Source of the DNA: Chlorobiota bacterium
Lineage (GTDB): Bacteria; Bacteroidota; Ignavibacteria; Tepidaquicellales; OLB5
NCBI GenBank assembly: GCA_022616535.1
Contig: JAKEEM010000047.1
Location: 1,563 to 65,562 of the forward strand
Direction of reading: 5' to 3'
DNA: 64,000 nucleotides
Shown here piece after piece: positions 46,067 through 55,322 of this stretch. The position numbers and the translations under genes were made by a program. Each line of letters opens with the position of its first letter. Positions within the stretch are counted from its first letter, which is position 1. Below the pieces are notes generated by a model. It did no database searches, was not told the DNA's origin, and was given only the letters and a program-made list of their open reading frames with translations.

Positions 46067-47154
46067 GTATGTTTTTTAAACAGAAAGATATACTCGTGTT
46101 TAAAAATATAAAATCCACCAACAAGTGCTCTGTATCTCCACAATTCTTTTTGGTTCATTTTTCCCTTAGTTTCTTCAAAGTTCTTTACGACTATACTCTT
46201 TAATTTATAACCTTTACTCATTACTAAGTCCATTGTTTTAAAACCCAATGGAATCCAGTCACCCTTTGAATATTTATCACCAATTACAACAACTAAATAT
46301 CTTCCTTTTTCTAAGATATTATAAGTATTCTCAATGACTTTAGCAAACAAACTTAAAAAATCATCAACACTTGATGCATTTGATAAATCTCTTACATCAT
46401 CACTAAATTTTATTATATCCCAATAAGGTGGATGCATAATAATTAATTGTACTTTATCAATTCCTAATTTTTTTAATTCGTCATCTAAACTAATACTTGT
46501 ACTGTCATTAATTAAAATTTCCTGAATGGTGCTGTGTGTAAAAAGTTCTCTTTCTTTATCAATGTTATCCTGTGCTATTTGAGCTATTTCTTTTTGTAAT
46601 TCAACACCAATTCCATTCCTTCCCAATCTTTGGCATTCAATTAGGGTGGTACCACTTCCCAAAAATGTATCCAACACCCATTCATTTCTCTTAGTATATC
46701 TTTTTATAAATTGTTGCGGTATCTGTGGTATGAAGTTCCCCCAATATGATGCAGTATGAACCCCAGAATTATCTCTTTTATCCATAATCCACAAACTATC
46801 CGTAATTATATCATTATACTCTTTCCATTGATTTAGATTAAGATCATTTATTTTACTAGTTTTTATTTCTGATAACCCTTTTTTAAGTCTATTAACATAA
46901 TATTTTGTCCGTTCAATTGTTTTCGTTTCTAATATTTGGTGTAATTCTTGCTCAATATATTTACTACTCACGGAAATTGTTCCTCCATTGGTTCCAATAT
47001 TTAAAAAACCTAGTTTATCTTGTTTAATACCTTTTAGGTTTTCCTGTATAATCTTAATATTACTCTTAATTTCATTAAGATCATCTTTTTGAGCAATTTT
47101 TTCTAATGCTTGAAGTATTTTATTCTGATTTATTATCATTGAAGTGTGCTGCAA
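46063..47154 (-). CDS. DNA methyltransferase (N6-adenine or N4-cytosine), with motif I preceding motif IV
   Basis: VLDTFLGSGTT (SAM motif I), then about 65 aa later IIMHPPYWDI ((D/N/S/H)PPY motif IV). There is an approximately 160-aa N-terminal extension. Confidence 0.8.
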   Translation of the reverse strand: MQHTSMIINQNKILQALEKIAQKDDLNEIKSNIKIIQENLKGIKQDKLGFLNIGTNGGTISVSSKYIEQELHQILETKTIERTKYYVNRLKKGLSEIKTSKINDLNLNQWKEYNDIITDSLWIMDKRDNSGVHTASYWGNFIPQIPQQFIKRYTKRNEWVLDTFLGSGTTLIECQRLGRNGIGVELQKEIAQIAQDNIDKERELFTHSTIQEILINDSTSISLDDELKKLGIDKVQLIIMHPPYWDIIKFSDDVRDLSNASSVDDFLSLFAKVIENTYNILEKGRYLVVVIGDKYSKGDWIPLGFKTMDLVMSKGYKLKSIVVKNFEETKGKMNQKELWRYRALVGGFYIFKHEYIFLFKKHT

Positions 47155-47237
47155 ATTTAATAAATTAAGTGTTTAAAAAAACCTATAAAGCACTTACAAT
47201 TTTAATACTCTAAAAACTTCATTATATTTGAAAATAT

Positions 47238-48017
47238 ATGCGCCTTCATTTGTTTGAGTTTGAGGATTTGTCGTGGTTTCCCGATGTGATAAGGCGATGC
47301 CAGACCGATTATCTCCATTTCGTAATCAGCAAGTTTGAAATTTACAAACCTGCCGTTCCACTTGTAAAAGAAGTGATTGATAAAACGGGAACGAATGAAA
47401 TTATTGACTTATGCTCAGGCGGAGGCGGCGGAACGGATGTGTTTCATAAAAATCCCGAAGAGATTACCGGAAAACAAATCAAAATGACACTAAGCGATAA
47501 ATATCCTAACCTGACTGCTTTCGAACAAATTAAAACAAGCACAGGCGGGAAAGTGGACTATATAAAAGAATCTGTTGATGCTTTGAATGTTCCGCAGAAC
47601 ATAAAAGCTATGAGAACATTATTTTCATCGTTTCATCACTTTAAGCCTGAAGATGCTAAGTCAATTTTGAAAAGTGCTGTTACAAATGAAATCCCGATTG
47701 CTGTATTTGAAGGCGCGGAAAAAAGTATTTTAAATTTCCTTGGAATTCTTTTGCTGACTCCCCTGACTTTCATAATCATTACACCATTTATCAAGCCGTT
47801 TCGGCTCAGCAGGATTTTCTTTACTTATCTGATTCCGTTAATACCCCTCACAACTGTGTGGGACGGGCTTGTGTCAGTTCTTAGAATGTATAGTCCTAAT
47901 GAAATGCTTAAAATGGCAATGGAAGTTGACTCCATTAACTACAAATGGAGCTCAGGCAAGGTCCGGGGAAAAATAGGAAATGCGGTTTTGTATTTGGTGG
48001 GTTATCCTGTAAATTAA
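47238..48017 (+). CDS. SAM-methyltransferase-like protein with C-terminal TM segments (hypothetical)
   Basis: EIIDLCSGGGGG resembles SAM motif I. Two hydrophobic helices lie near residues 165-205. TATATTTG box at 47223-47230. Confidence 0.45.
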   Translation: MRLHLFEFEDLSWFPDVIRRCQTDYLHFVISKFEIYKPAVPLVKEVIDKTGTNEIIDLCSGGGGGTDVFHKNPEEITGKQIKMTLSDKYPNLTAFEQIKTSTGGKVDYIKESVDALNVPQNIKAMRTLFSSFHHFKPEDAKSILKSAVTNEIPIAVFEGAEKSILNFLGILLLTPLTFIIITPFIKPFRLSRIFFTYLIPLIPLTTVWDGLVSVLRMYSPNEMLKMAMEVDSINYKWSSGKVRGKIGNAVLYLVGYPVN

Positions 48018-48069
48018 TTAAACAATAAATGGAATTTCTGAAAATACTTTCTCTTATCGTGCAGTTCGG
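47955..48069 (+). repeat. direct repeat copy 1 (last 20 codons of the 47238 gene, the spacer, and a 14-codon 5' fragment of the 48593 gene)
   Basis: CGGTTTTGTATTTGGTGGGTTATCCTGTAAATTAATT matches 48540-48576 at 34/37 positions. ATGGAATTTCTGAAAATAC...TTCGG matches 48593-48633 at 34/41. The truncated ORF MEFLKILSLIVQFG(YTIIN*) spans 48029-48088. Confidence 0.85.
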
Positions 48070-48511
48070 ATATACAATTATTAATTAATAATTACTAATT
48101 AGTAATTGATTTTGTTAACCGAAAATCGGATTTTACTCTATATGTGCCTAATGAGGTGAGAGTTGTTAAACAGACCTTGACAAATAAATTATAAAGTGTT
48201 AAATTTACCTTGTTACTGTAGGGCAACCCGCCTGCCTGCTGCAGGCAGGCCGGGTCGCACCCTGCATTACAGTGTCCTTCGGCTGCGCTCTCCGAAGGAA
48301 TCCTACGGACTGGATTAAAAAATGGAAAAAATGTCAAAATTTCATCACGGTGAAAAACATGCTAAAAACTTACAAAAAAAGAGACCCTTCGTTTCACTTA
48401 GAGGTTGCCAACTTTACATAATGTCGGATTTGAGACACGGTTTTTTTTTGCCGTGTTATTTTTGCTCAATACGCCGGATTTTCGCACTGCCAATTTGTCC
48501 GTGATAATTTT
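48070..48511 (+). other. 442-bp gene-free insert between the direct repeats: AT-rich palindromes, TGCCTAATGAGGTGA box, promoter-like TTG-N20-TAAATTTA, three GC hairpins, and an intrinsic terminator
   Basis: Box at 48145-48159. TTG at 48177-48179 and TAAATTTA at 48200-48207. Hairpins at 48227-48254, 48275-48299 and 48299-48316. Terminator ACACGG-T9G-CCGTGT plus TATTTTTG at 48435-48463. Confidence 0.5.
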
Positions 48512-48633
48512 GGCGAAAACGGAGGAAAAACGAGGAATTCGGTTTTGTATTTAGTAGGTTATCCTGTAAGTTAATTTTGCTATTTTGCAATTATGGAACT
48601 TCTGAAAATACTCTATTTAATCGTTCAATTCGG
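48512..48633 (+). repeat. direct repeat copy 2 (orphan 3' fragment GENGGKTRNSVLYLVGYPVS*, the spacer, and the true start of the 48593 gene)
   Basis: See copy 1. The orphan fragment parallels GKVRGKIGNAVLYLVGYPVN* of the intact gene and ends with a stop at 48572-48574. Confidence 0.85.
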
Positions 48634-49453
48634 CTTGCCGCCGACATTCCCCGAAGGCGATGAAAATCTTCAGCAGGGGCTTGAAAGCAAAATCGAAGTC
48701 CTTTGCAAGGATAACTTTTCCGGGCAGACAACAACTTTGCACGTTTTAAAGAACAATCCCAAATTTAAAAAAACAACCCCCTCTCTTTTTACGGAAGACA
48801 ATACAAAAAACCTGTATATTTTCCTGACGCATATCGATTCAACTTACCTGTATATTGAAGATTGCGATTACAGCATGCTGAAGTTCATGCGTTATAAAAC
48901 CAATCACCAAAACTTACGCTACGAGGTTGTTGATTCATCGGATTACAATATTAAAGAAGAAAAAATGCGGGTTATCCGGTGGACTAAAGGAATTGATTTT
49001 AAAATTTTCGAAAACTCCACGGTTTTTGAAACAAAATTCGATACATATATTGAATACTGGCAGTGTATTGATAAACTTGCATTTTCCCCAAAATACCCGT
49101 TTGCGAAGCCAAAACCAACTGCGCTGCGTAAAAATTACACCGAGGAACAAAGCGAGGATTTGAAATACATACTCTCGCACCCGATTATGGTTTTATCAGT
49201 AATTCCCCTTGATGATTTAAGCTATGATTTGCCTTTTAATCTAACAGGGAAATCTTTCGAGACATCGCTTGAATCGACTAATCAAGGCGACATCGAAGGA
49301 ACGGGCATCGATTTGGACGGCGATAAAACGCTCGATGCTTTCTGGTATATGGATATAATTGACACCAAACCCGCAGAGGTCTACACACGGTTGTACATAA
49401 ATGTCGAAGGCAAATGGAAGCCCGTTTGGTACACTTACTTTAAGGAAATGTAA
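48593..49453 (+). CDS. hypothetical protein
   Basis: 286 aa with no signal peptide or domain I recognise, apart from a DxDxDG-like stretch (GIDLDGDKTLD). Confidence 0.5.
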   Translation: MELLKILYLIVQFGLPPTFPEGDENLQQGLESKIEVLCKDNFSGQTTTLHVLKNNPKFKKTTPSLFTEDNTKNLYIFLTHIDSTYLYIEDCDYSMLKFMRYKTNHQNLRYEVVDSSDYNIKEEKMRVIRWTKGIDFKIFENSTVFETKFDTYIEYWQCIDKLAFSPKYPFAKPKPTALRKNYTEEQSEDLKYILSHPIMVLSVIPLDDLSYDLPFNLTGKSFETSLESTNQGDIEGTGIDLDGDKTLDAFWYMDIIDTKPAEVYTRLYINVEGKWKPVWYTYFKEM

Positions 49454-49526
49454 TTTTTATGTCCTATTTCACGCCTTTCAATCGTTATAATTACAAAGGC
49501 AAATTGTAAACTAATCCAATACTAAA

Positions 49527-49868
49527 ATGAAAGACTTTATATTTCTTTTCAGAAGCCATGAAAGAGAGCTTCAAAAGCTTTCCCCCGATGAAATGCAGAG
49601 CTTACTGGGAAAATGGAGCACATGGATTAAAAAGCTTAATGATGCAGGAAAATATAAATTCGGAGACCGCTTAAGCCGAGAAGATGCGAAAGTTGTATCT
49701 GATTTCGGGCGCGTTGTAACCGATGGTCCTTTCATCGAATCCAAGGAAATTGTGGGCGGTTATATTATCATTCAGGCGGAATCTATGGATGAAGCGGTGG
49801 AAATCTCAAAACAGTGCCCCGTTTATAATATTAAAGGAATGGTCGAAGTAAGAACCGGCGCTAATTGA
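49527..49868 (+). CDS. YCII-related / DGPF-domain protein
   Basis: 113 aa with VTDGPFIESKEIVGGY. Confidence 0.8.
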   Translation: MKDFIFLFRSHERELQKLSPDEMQSLLGKWSTWIKKLNDAGKYKFGDRLSREDAKVVSDFGRVVTDGPFIESKEIVGGYIIIQAESMDEAVEISKQCPVYNIKGMVEVRTGAN

Positions 49869-49978
49869 ACAAGGTCTGAAAGCCCTTTTCGTTCGGAAAC
49901 GGATAAGTGTCCTGTATTTCTGCCTTTATTCGTTTAAAGAATATAAACATTTTTTTATTAACTAAAACTAATCTAACC

Positions 49979-50320
49979 ATGAAAGACTATCTTTTATTAT
50001 TCAGAGGCGGCGAAATGCAGGGCCTCAGCGAGGAAGAAAGAAACAAACATTTAGCCAAGTGGGGGCAGTGGATTGGCTCGCTTTCCAAGGAAGGCAAATT
50101 TGCCGGGGGCGACCCGCTCGGAGTAGAAGCGCGGGTAATTTCAGGCAAGAAAATGGCGGTTACAGACGGACCCTATGCCGAATCGAAGGAAATGGTGGGT
50201 GGCTACCTGATTATTAAGGCGGCTGACCTTAACTCCGCAACCGAAATTACCAAAGAATGCCCGATTTATGAAGTTGACGACGTCACAGAAATAAGGGAAA
50301 TCCATCACATGGATTTTTGA
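49979..50320 (+). CDS. YCII-related / DGPF-domain protein (paralog)
   Basis: VTDGPYAESKEMVGGY. I prefer the ATG at 49979 (MKDYLLLFRGG, parallel to MKDFIFLFRS of the first copy) over the track start at 49907. Confidence 0.8.
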   Translation: MKDYLLLFRGGEMQGLSEEERNKHLAKWGQWIGSLSKEGKFAGGDPLGVEARVISGKKMAVTDGPYAESKEMVGGYLIIKAADLNSATEITKECPIYEVDDVTEIREIHHMDF

Positions 50321-51606
50321 TTTTGAATGTAACCAAGAAAGATAGTTATGAAAATCTTGCAAGCCATCTTTTCCGCAATGAGGCGGGAAAGATGGTTTCT
50401 GTTTTAACCAGAATATTCGGGCTGCCTCGCATCGAAATCGCCGAGGACATCGTGCAGGATACATTCCTTAAAGCACTTGATGAATGGGGATTTAACAACA
50501 TTCCCCAAAATCCGCAGGCGTGGCTTTACAAAGTTGCCAAAAACAAAACCATCGATTATCTCCGCCACTGGAAACATGTGCAGGATTACGAATCCGACAT
50601 TAGTCACCTGCTTAAATCAGAATGGACGCTCTCGGCATCTGTAAACAATATGTTTTTGGACAATGAGATTCAGGACAGCCAGCTTAGAATGATATTTACA
50701 TCCTGCCACCCCTTGCTGCCGCAGGAATCGCAAATTGCACTCACTTTGAAAACTCTCTGCGGATTCAGCATAAAAGAAATCTCACGCGCCCTTTTGACAA
50801 CTGGGGCAAATGTAAACAAAAGACTGTTCCGCGCGAAACAAAAATTGAGGGACGAGCATTTAAAATTTGAAATACCTATGGGCGACGAGCTGGCAAAACG
50901 GCTTGATTCAGTTTACAGGGTTATTTATTTAATTTTCAATGAGGGTTACTCGTCAACTGAATCGGAAAAAATTATAAGAAAGGATTTATGCGCTGAAGCT
51001 CTGCGCCTGTGCCAGCTTCTTTCAGAACACAAAATCGGAGATAATCCCAAAACTTACGCGCTTTTTTCGCTTATGTGCTTTCACTCCTCGCGATTCAATG
51101 CAAGAATTGACGATAAGGGATATGTAATTCTGTTAAAGGAGCAGGATAGGAAGCTTTGGAACAAGGCGTTAATTGCTAAAGGATTTGAATATTTATCGAA
51201 ATCATCGTACGGTAATGAGCTTTCAGAGTATCACCTTGAGGCGGGAATTGCATCTTACCACTTATCAGCGAAAAGCTTGGATAAGACAAACTGGAATAGC
51301 ATACTGAAGCTGTATGAGATTCTCGAAAAAATCAATCCTTCTCCCGTTACAATTCTGAACAAAGCAATCGTTGTATCTCAAATTAGCGGTCCCCAAGCCG
51401 CATTGGAAGAAGTTCTGAAAATCAAAACTCTTGAAAAATATTATTTATACCATACAACACTGGCGGAGCTTTATAAAGATCTGGATCAAATACAAAAAGC
51501 TAAAACACACTTAGAAGAGGCGTTAAAGCTAACAAACTCTGCCGCAGAAATATCGTTGATTAAAAAAAGAATTGAGGAGTTAAAATTTAACCGACGCTTT
51601 CTGTGA
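50317..51606 (+). CDS. ECF sigma factor with a long C-terminal TPR-like extension (ECF42-type)
   Basis: Sigma region 2 (DIVQDTFLKALDEW...WLYKVAKNKTIDYLR), region 4 (ALTLKTLCGFSIKEISRALLTTGANVNKRLFRAKQKL), and an approximately 220-aa helical C-terminus. TTG start overlapping the upstream stop. Confidence 0.8.
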   Translation: MILNVTKKDSYENLASHLFRNEAGKMVSVLTRIFGLPRIEIAEDIVQDTFLKALDEWGFNNIPQNPQAWLYKVAKNKTIDYLRHWKHVQDYESDISHLLKSEWTLSASVNNMFLDNEIQDSQLRMIFTSCHPLLPQESQIALTLKTLCGFSIKEISRALLTTGANVNKRLFRAKQKLRDEHLKFEIPMGDELAKRLDSVYRVIYLIFNEGYSSTESEKIIRKDLCAEALRLCQLLSEHKIGDNPKTYALFSLMCFHSSRFNARIDDKGYVILLKEQDRKLWNKALIAKGFEYLSKSSYGNELSEYHLEAGIASYHLSAKSLDKTNWNSILKLYEILEKINPSPVTILNKAIVVSQISGPQAALEEVLKIKTLEKYYLYHTTLAELYKDLDQIQKAKTHLEEALKLTNSAAEISLIKKRIEELKFNRRFL

Positions 51607-52828
51607 TAAAGAGCTCGAGCGCCTGTTCGACGTTTTTAGATTCAGGGAAAAATGAAAGAATTTTCTGCAGAACCTCATCCAGAATTGCATCTGGACAGGA
51701 AGCACCGCTTGTCAGGATTATTTCAGTTGGTTTGCTTCCGTTTTTAACCAGCCAATTTCTTGTTGTTTTCTCACTGTGAGAATGAATATCAAAATGGCTT
51801 ATTCCCTCAGCCGATATGATTTTTTCGGCACCAGAGATAAAATATACAGGCAGCTTTTCTTCGCAGAGCTCTACTATATGCGAGGTGTTTGAGCTGTTAT
51901 ATCCGCCTACAACAATCGCAAAGTCAGCGCCTGAATTCAAAAGTCCGAGCGTTGCCTGCTGGTTATCGTAAGTTGCATAGCATAATGTATCGCTTGTATC
52001 TGCATAATGCTCCTTGATATTTTCCCGTCCATATTTTTCCTCCATCGTCCGTTCAATCAGCTCCGCTATTGCCTGTGTTTCTGTCGCAAGCATTGTGGTT
52101 TGGTTAACTACGCCGACTCTCTGCAAATTCTTAGTTACATCAAATCCAGTGGAATACTTTTTATCGAACAACTCGTAAAACCTCTCCTCTTGAATTTTGC
52201 CAAGAATTATATCACAAAGCGTCCGGGTTTCTTCAATGTTCCTTACAATCAGCGTGGGGGAATTTTGTTTTGAATGAGAAAATGTGGCGATGGTTTCTTC
52301 ATGGTTATATTTGCCGTGAACAATTATAGTGTAATTTTTCATGCCCAAAACCTCTGCCCTGTTCCACACTTTTTCCACAAACGGGCATGTTGTATCATAC
52401 TGGTAAGGGTCTATCCCACGCTTTTTTAATATTTTCTGAATCTCAACGGTAGTGCCGAAAGCAGGAACAATTACAACGTCGTCTTTCCTGAGCTCGTCCC
52501 ATTCAATTAACGGTCTTCCGTTATGTTCTCTTATGAATTTCACTCCGCGGTTTTTCAAATCTTCGTTGACTTTGGGATTGTGTATCATCTCGCTGAGCAA
52601 AAAAACTCTTCTTCCTGAGTTTTCTTCAAGCGTTTTGTATGCAATCTCGATTGCATTTTCAACTCCGTAACAAAAACCAAAATGCCGTGCTATTAAAAAT
52701 CTCACCGACCCGAAATCCAGAACCGATGGTGCGTAATCTTTTTTCCGCGGGTCGGTGATTTTTCTTGAATTCTTTACAATTGAAATTACGGGACTGCGGT
52801 AATATATGGGTATGTCAAACTTTTTCAT
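51587..52828 (-). CDS. ispH: 4-hydroxy-3-methylbut-2-enyl diphosphate reductase (long form)
   Basis: 413 aa with GFCYGVENAI, TCPFVEKVW and NSSNTSHIVE (the three FeS Cys contexts and the SxN motif). Confidence 0.9.
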   Translation of the reverse strand: MKKFDIPIYYRSPVISIVKNSRKITDPRKKDYAPSVLDFGSVRFLIARHFGFCYGVENAIEIAYKTLEENSGRRVFLLSEMIHNPKVNEDLKNRGVKFIREHNGRPLIEWDELRKDDVVIVPAFGTTVEIQKILKKRGIDPYQYDTTCPFVEKVWNRAEVLGMKNYTIIVHGKYNHEETIATFSHSKQNSPTLIVRNIEETRTLCDIILGKIQEERFYELFDKKYSTGFDVTKNLQRVGVVNQTTMLATETQAIAELIERTMEEKYGRENIKEHYADTSDTLCYATYDNQQATLGLLNSGADFAIVVGGYNSSNTSHIVELCEEKLPVYFISGAEKIISAEGISHFDIHSHSEKTTRNWLVKNGSKPTEIILTSGASCPDAILDEVLQKILSFFPESKNVEQALELFITESVG

Positions 52829-52831
52829 TAG

Positions 52832-54484
52832 CTATTCAATCATCGGCATTTTAATTCCGAATTTCTTTTGATTGCTTATTGCCTGTTCATACCCCGCATC
52901 TGCGTGGCGAATAATTCCCGTCGCCGGGTCGTAGTTCAGCACCCTCTCAAGTTTTTCCTCCGCTTCCTTGGTTCCATCCGCAACAATTACCATTCCGGCG
53001 TGGATAGAAAGCCCTATGCCGACTCCGCCTCCGTGATGAAAAGATACCCAGCTTGCCCCGCCGATTGCATTCATTGCAAAATTCAGAACCGGCCAGTCGG
53101 CGATTGCATCGCTTCCATCTTTCATTTTCTCCGTTTCACGGTTGGGAGAGGCAACGCTTCCGCAGTCAAGGTGGTCGCGCCCGATAACAATTGGTGCCTT
53201 TACTTTGCCGTCTCTTACAATGTCATTGAATATTTTCCCCATTTTGGCGCGCTCGCCGTATCCAAGCCAGCAAATTCTCGCAGGCAGCCCCTGAAAATGA
53301 ACTTTTTTCTGCGCATGCTCAATCCACCTTGCCAGTGTTTTATTTTCAGGGAAAGTTTTCAATACATATTCATCGGTAACAAAAATGTCCTGCGAGTCGC
53401 CAGAAAGCGCCACCCAGCGGAACGGTCCTTTGCCGTCACAAAACAAGGGACGGATGTATTCAGGAACAAAGCCGGGAATTTCAAAAGCGGATTTAAAGCA
53501 ATTATTATACGCCTCTCCGCGGATGTTATTGCCGTAATCAAATACAACAGCCCCGCGGCGCATAAACTCAAACATTGCCTTGCAATGAACAACAACCGTC
53601 TTACGTGCGAGCTCAATGTATTTATCGGGATTTGTTTTCCGCAGCTCAAAAGCTTTCTCAATTGGTATTCCCATCGGCACATAGCCGTTAAGCATATCAT
53701 GAGCTGAGGTTTGGTCGGTTACAATATCGGGAATTATATCGCGCTTCAAAAGCTCAGGCAGGACTTCACCAGCATTGCCGACAAGGCCGACTGATTTTGC
53801 GACCCTCTTTTGCTTAGCTTCTAGAACAATCCTTATTGCCTCGTCCAAATCCTCACATAAAACATCGCAGTAGCCGGTGTCGATGCGTTTTTGAATCCGA
53901 GATTTATCCACCTCAATTCCCAAGAATGCGGCGCCGTTCATAGTTGCAGCAAGCGGCTGAGCACCGCCCATACCGCCGAGTCCAGATGTTAATACAAATT
54001 TACCCGAAAGATTACCTTCAAAATGCTTTTCTGCGCAGGAGGCGAATGTTTCGTAAGTCCCCTGCAATATCCCCTGCGAGCCGATGTAAATCCATGAGCC
54101 AGCAGTCATTTGCCCGTACATTGTAAGCCCCATCGCGTCGAGCCTGCGGAATTCATCCCACGTTGCCCACTGGGGAACAATCTGAGCATTTGAAATAATT
54201 ACCCTAGGAGCATTAGTGTGGGTTTTAAAAACCGCAACCGGCTTGCCTGACTGCACGAGAAGCGTTTCATCACCTTCCAGGTTTTTTAATGACTCAATAA
54301 TCTTATCATAGCACTCCCAATTTCTTGCAGCTTTTCCGCCTCCGCCGTAAACAATAAGTTCATCGGGACGCTCTGCAACATCAGGGTCCAAGTTATTCAT
54401 TAACATCCGCATAGCCGCTTCTGAAACCCAGTTCTTGCAGGATAATTTGCTGCCGGTTGGCGCTTTTATATTCCTTTTTGGCAT
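52832..54484 (-). CDS. hutU: urocanate hydratase
   Basis: 550 aa with typical length and motifs ([29 protein letters not shown]). Confidence 0.95.
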   Translation of the reverse strand: MPKRNIKAPTGSKLSCKNWVSEAAMRMLMNNLDPDVAERPDELIVYGGGGKAARNWECYDKIIESLKNLEGDETLLVQSGKPVAVFKTHTNAPRVIISNAQIVPQWATWDEFRRLDAMGLTMYGQMTAGSWIYIGSQGILQGTYETFASCAEKHFEGNLSGKFVLTSGLGGMGGAQPLAATMNGAAFLGIEVDKSRIQKRIDTGYCDVLCEDLDEAIRIVLEAKQKRVAKSVGLVGNAGEVLPELLKRDIIPDIVTDQTSAHDMLNGYVPMGIPIEKAFELRKTNPDKYIELARKTVVVHCKAMFEFMRRGAVVFDYGNNIRGEAYNNCFKSAFEIPGFVPEYIRPLFCDGKGPFRWVALSGDSQDIFVTDEYVLKTFPENKTLARWIEHAQKKVHFQGLPARICWLGYGERAKMGKIFNDIVRDGKVKAPIVIGRDHLDCGSVASPNRETEKMKDGSDAIADWPVLNFAMNAIGGASWVSFHHGGGVGIGLSIHAGMVIVADGTKEAEEKLERVLNYDPATGIIRHADAGYEQAISNQKKFGIKMPMIE

Positions 54485-54556
54485 AATTCTTAGGGATTAA
54501 AATACAAAGATAAGAGTTTTAAAAGTTGTTTAACAGTAATAAAAGAAAGTCCGAAT

Positions 54557-55321
54557 TTACTTCACTTTAGGCAATTCAAGTGATGTATCGATTTTCTCCT
54601 GTTCCCGCCAGATTGCCTGGCAGGGGAATTTATTTTCATAAAGCGCACGGCTCATCATAACTGAATCGACTCCATAGGGTTCGAGCTCCTGCATTTTCTT
54701 CAGGTCACTATAACTTGATATACCACCTGCAGCGGTTACTTTAAGTCCAGTTTCAGCTGCAATTTGTTTAGTGCCTTCAAAATCAGGACCCTGCAATGAA
54801 CCTACCCGCGCAACATCCTGGTATATTATTCTTTCAATTCCGAGTGACTTCATCCCGAGCGCAAAATCAATTCCTTTAATATTGGTCTGATTGCTCCATC
54901 CGTCCTTGACAGCATATCCGTTTCTTACGTCCACTCCGATAACCACCTTGCTTGATCCGAAATCCGCAACTAGCCGCTGAACGAGCTCAACGTTATCGAT
55001 TGCAGATGTTCCGATTACAATTCTGTAAACTCCAAGCTCTTTAATAAGCTGCCTGGCGATTTCATACGTTCTTATGCCGCCGCCGAGCTGAATCGGAACA
55101 TCAACCGACTCAGTAATTTCTTTAATCAGTTCATAATTTTTGCGTTTACCCGATACCGCACCGTCCAAATCGGTTATATGGATAACCTTCGCATTTTCCT
55201 TTCTGAATAAACGAGCCATTGTTAAAGGACTTTCCGAATAGTACACTGTTTTATCCTCAAGCCCTTCAACCATTCTGACCGAGTGTCCGTTTTTTATATC
55301 TATTACAGGTATAACAAGCAT
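54557..55321 (-). CDS. hisA: HisA-family (beta/alpha)8 isomerase (ProFAR isomerase-like)
   Basis: MLVIPVIDIKNGHSVRMVEG, LGGGIR and GTSA. 254 aa. Confidence 0.75.
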   Translation of the reverse strand: MLVIPVIDIKNGHSVRMVEGLEDKTVYYSESPLTMARLFRKENAKVIHITDLDGAVSGKRKNYELIKEITESVDVPIQLGGGIRTYEIARQLIKELGVYRIVIGTSAIDNVELVQRLVADFGSSKVVIGVDVRNGYAVKDGWSNQTNIKGIDFALGMKSLGIERIIYQDVARVGSLQGPDFEGTKQIAAETGLKVTAAGGISSYSDLKKMQELEPYGVDSVMMSRALYENKFPCQAIWREQEKIDTSLELPKVK

Positions 55322-55322
55322 A

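Noticed and set aside
48322-48504. 60-aa ORF (MEKMSKFHHGEKHAKNLQKK...) inside the 442-bp insert
   Set aside because: An intrinsic terminator (48435-48463) lies inside the ORF and its C-terminal half translates the hairpin. A much shorter peptide from the ATG at 48322 or 48331 cannot be excluded.
52868-53707. Long antisense ORFs inside well-supported genes: 279 aa in hutU, 171 aa at 7605..8120 in actC, 172 aa at 27273..27791, 125-145 aa ORFs opposite rpsA, and 150 aa opposite ispG
   Set aside because: Each lies entirely within a gene with strong motif support on the other strand and has unremarkable, Arg/Ser/Leu-biased composition. These are typical shadow ORFs.
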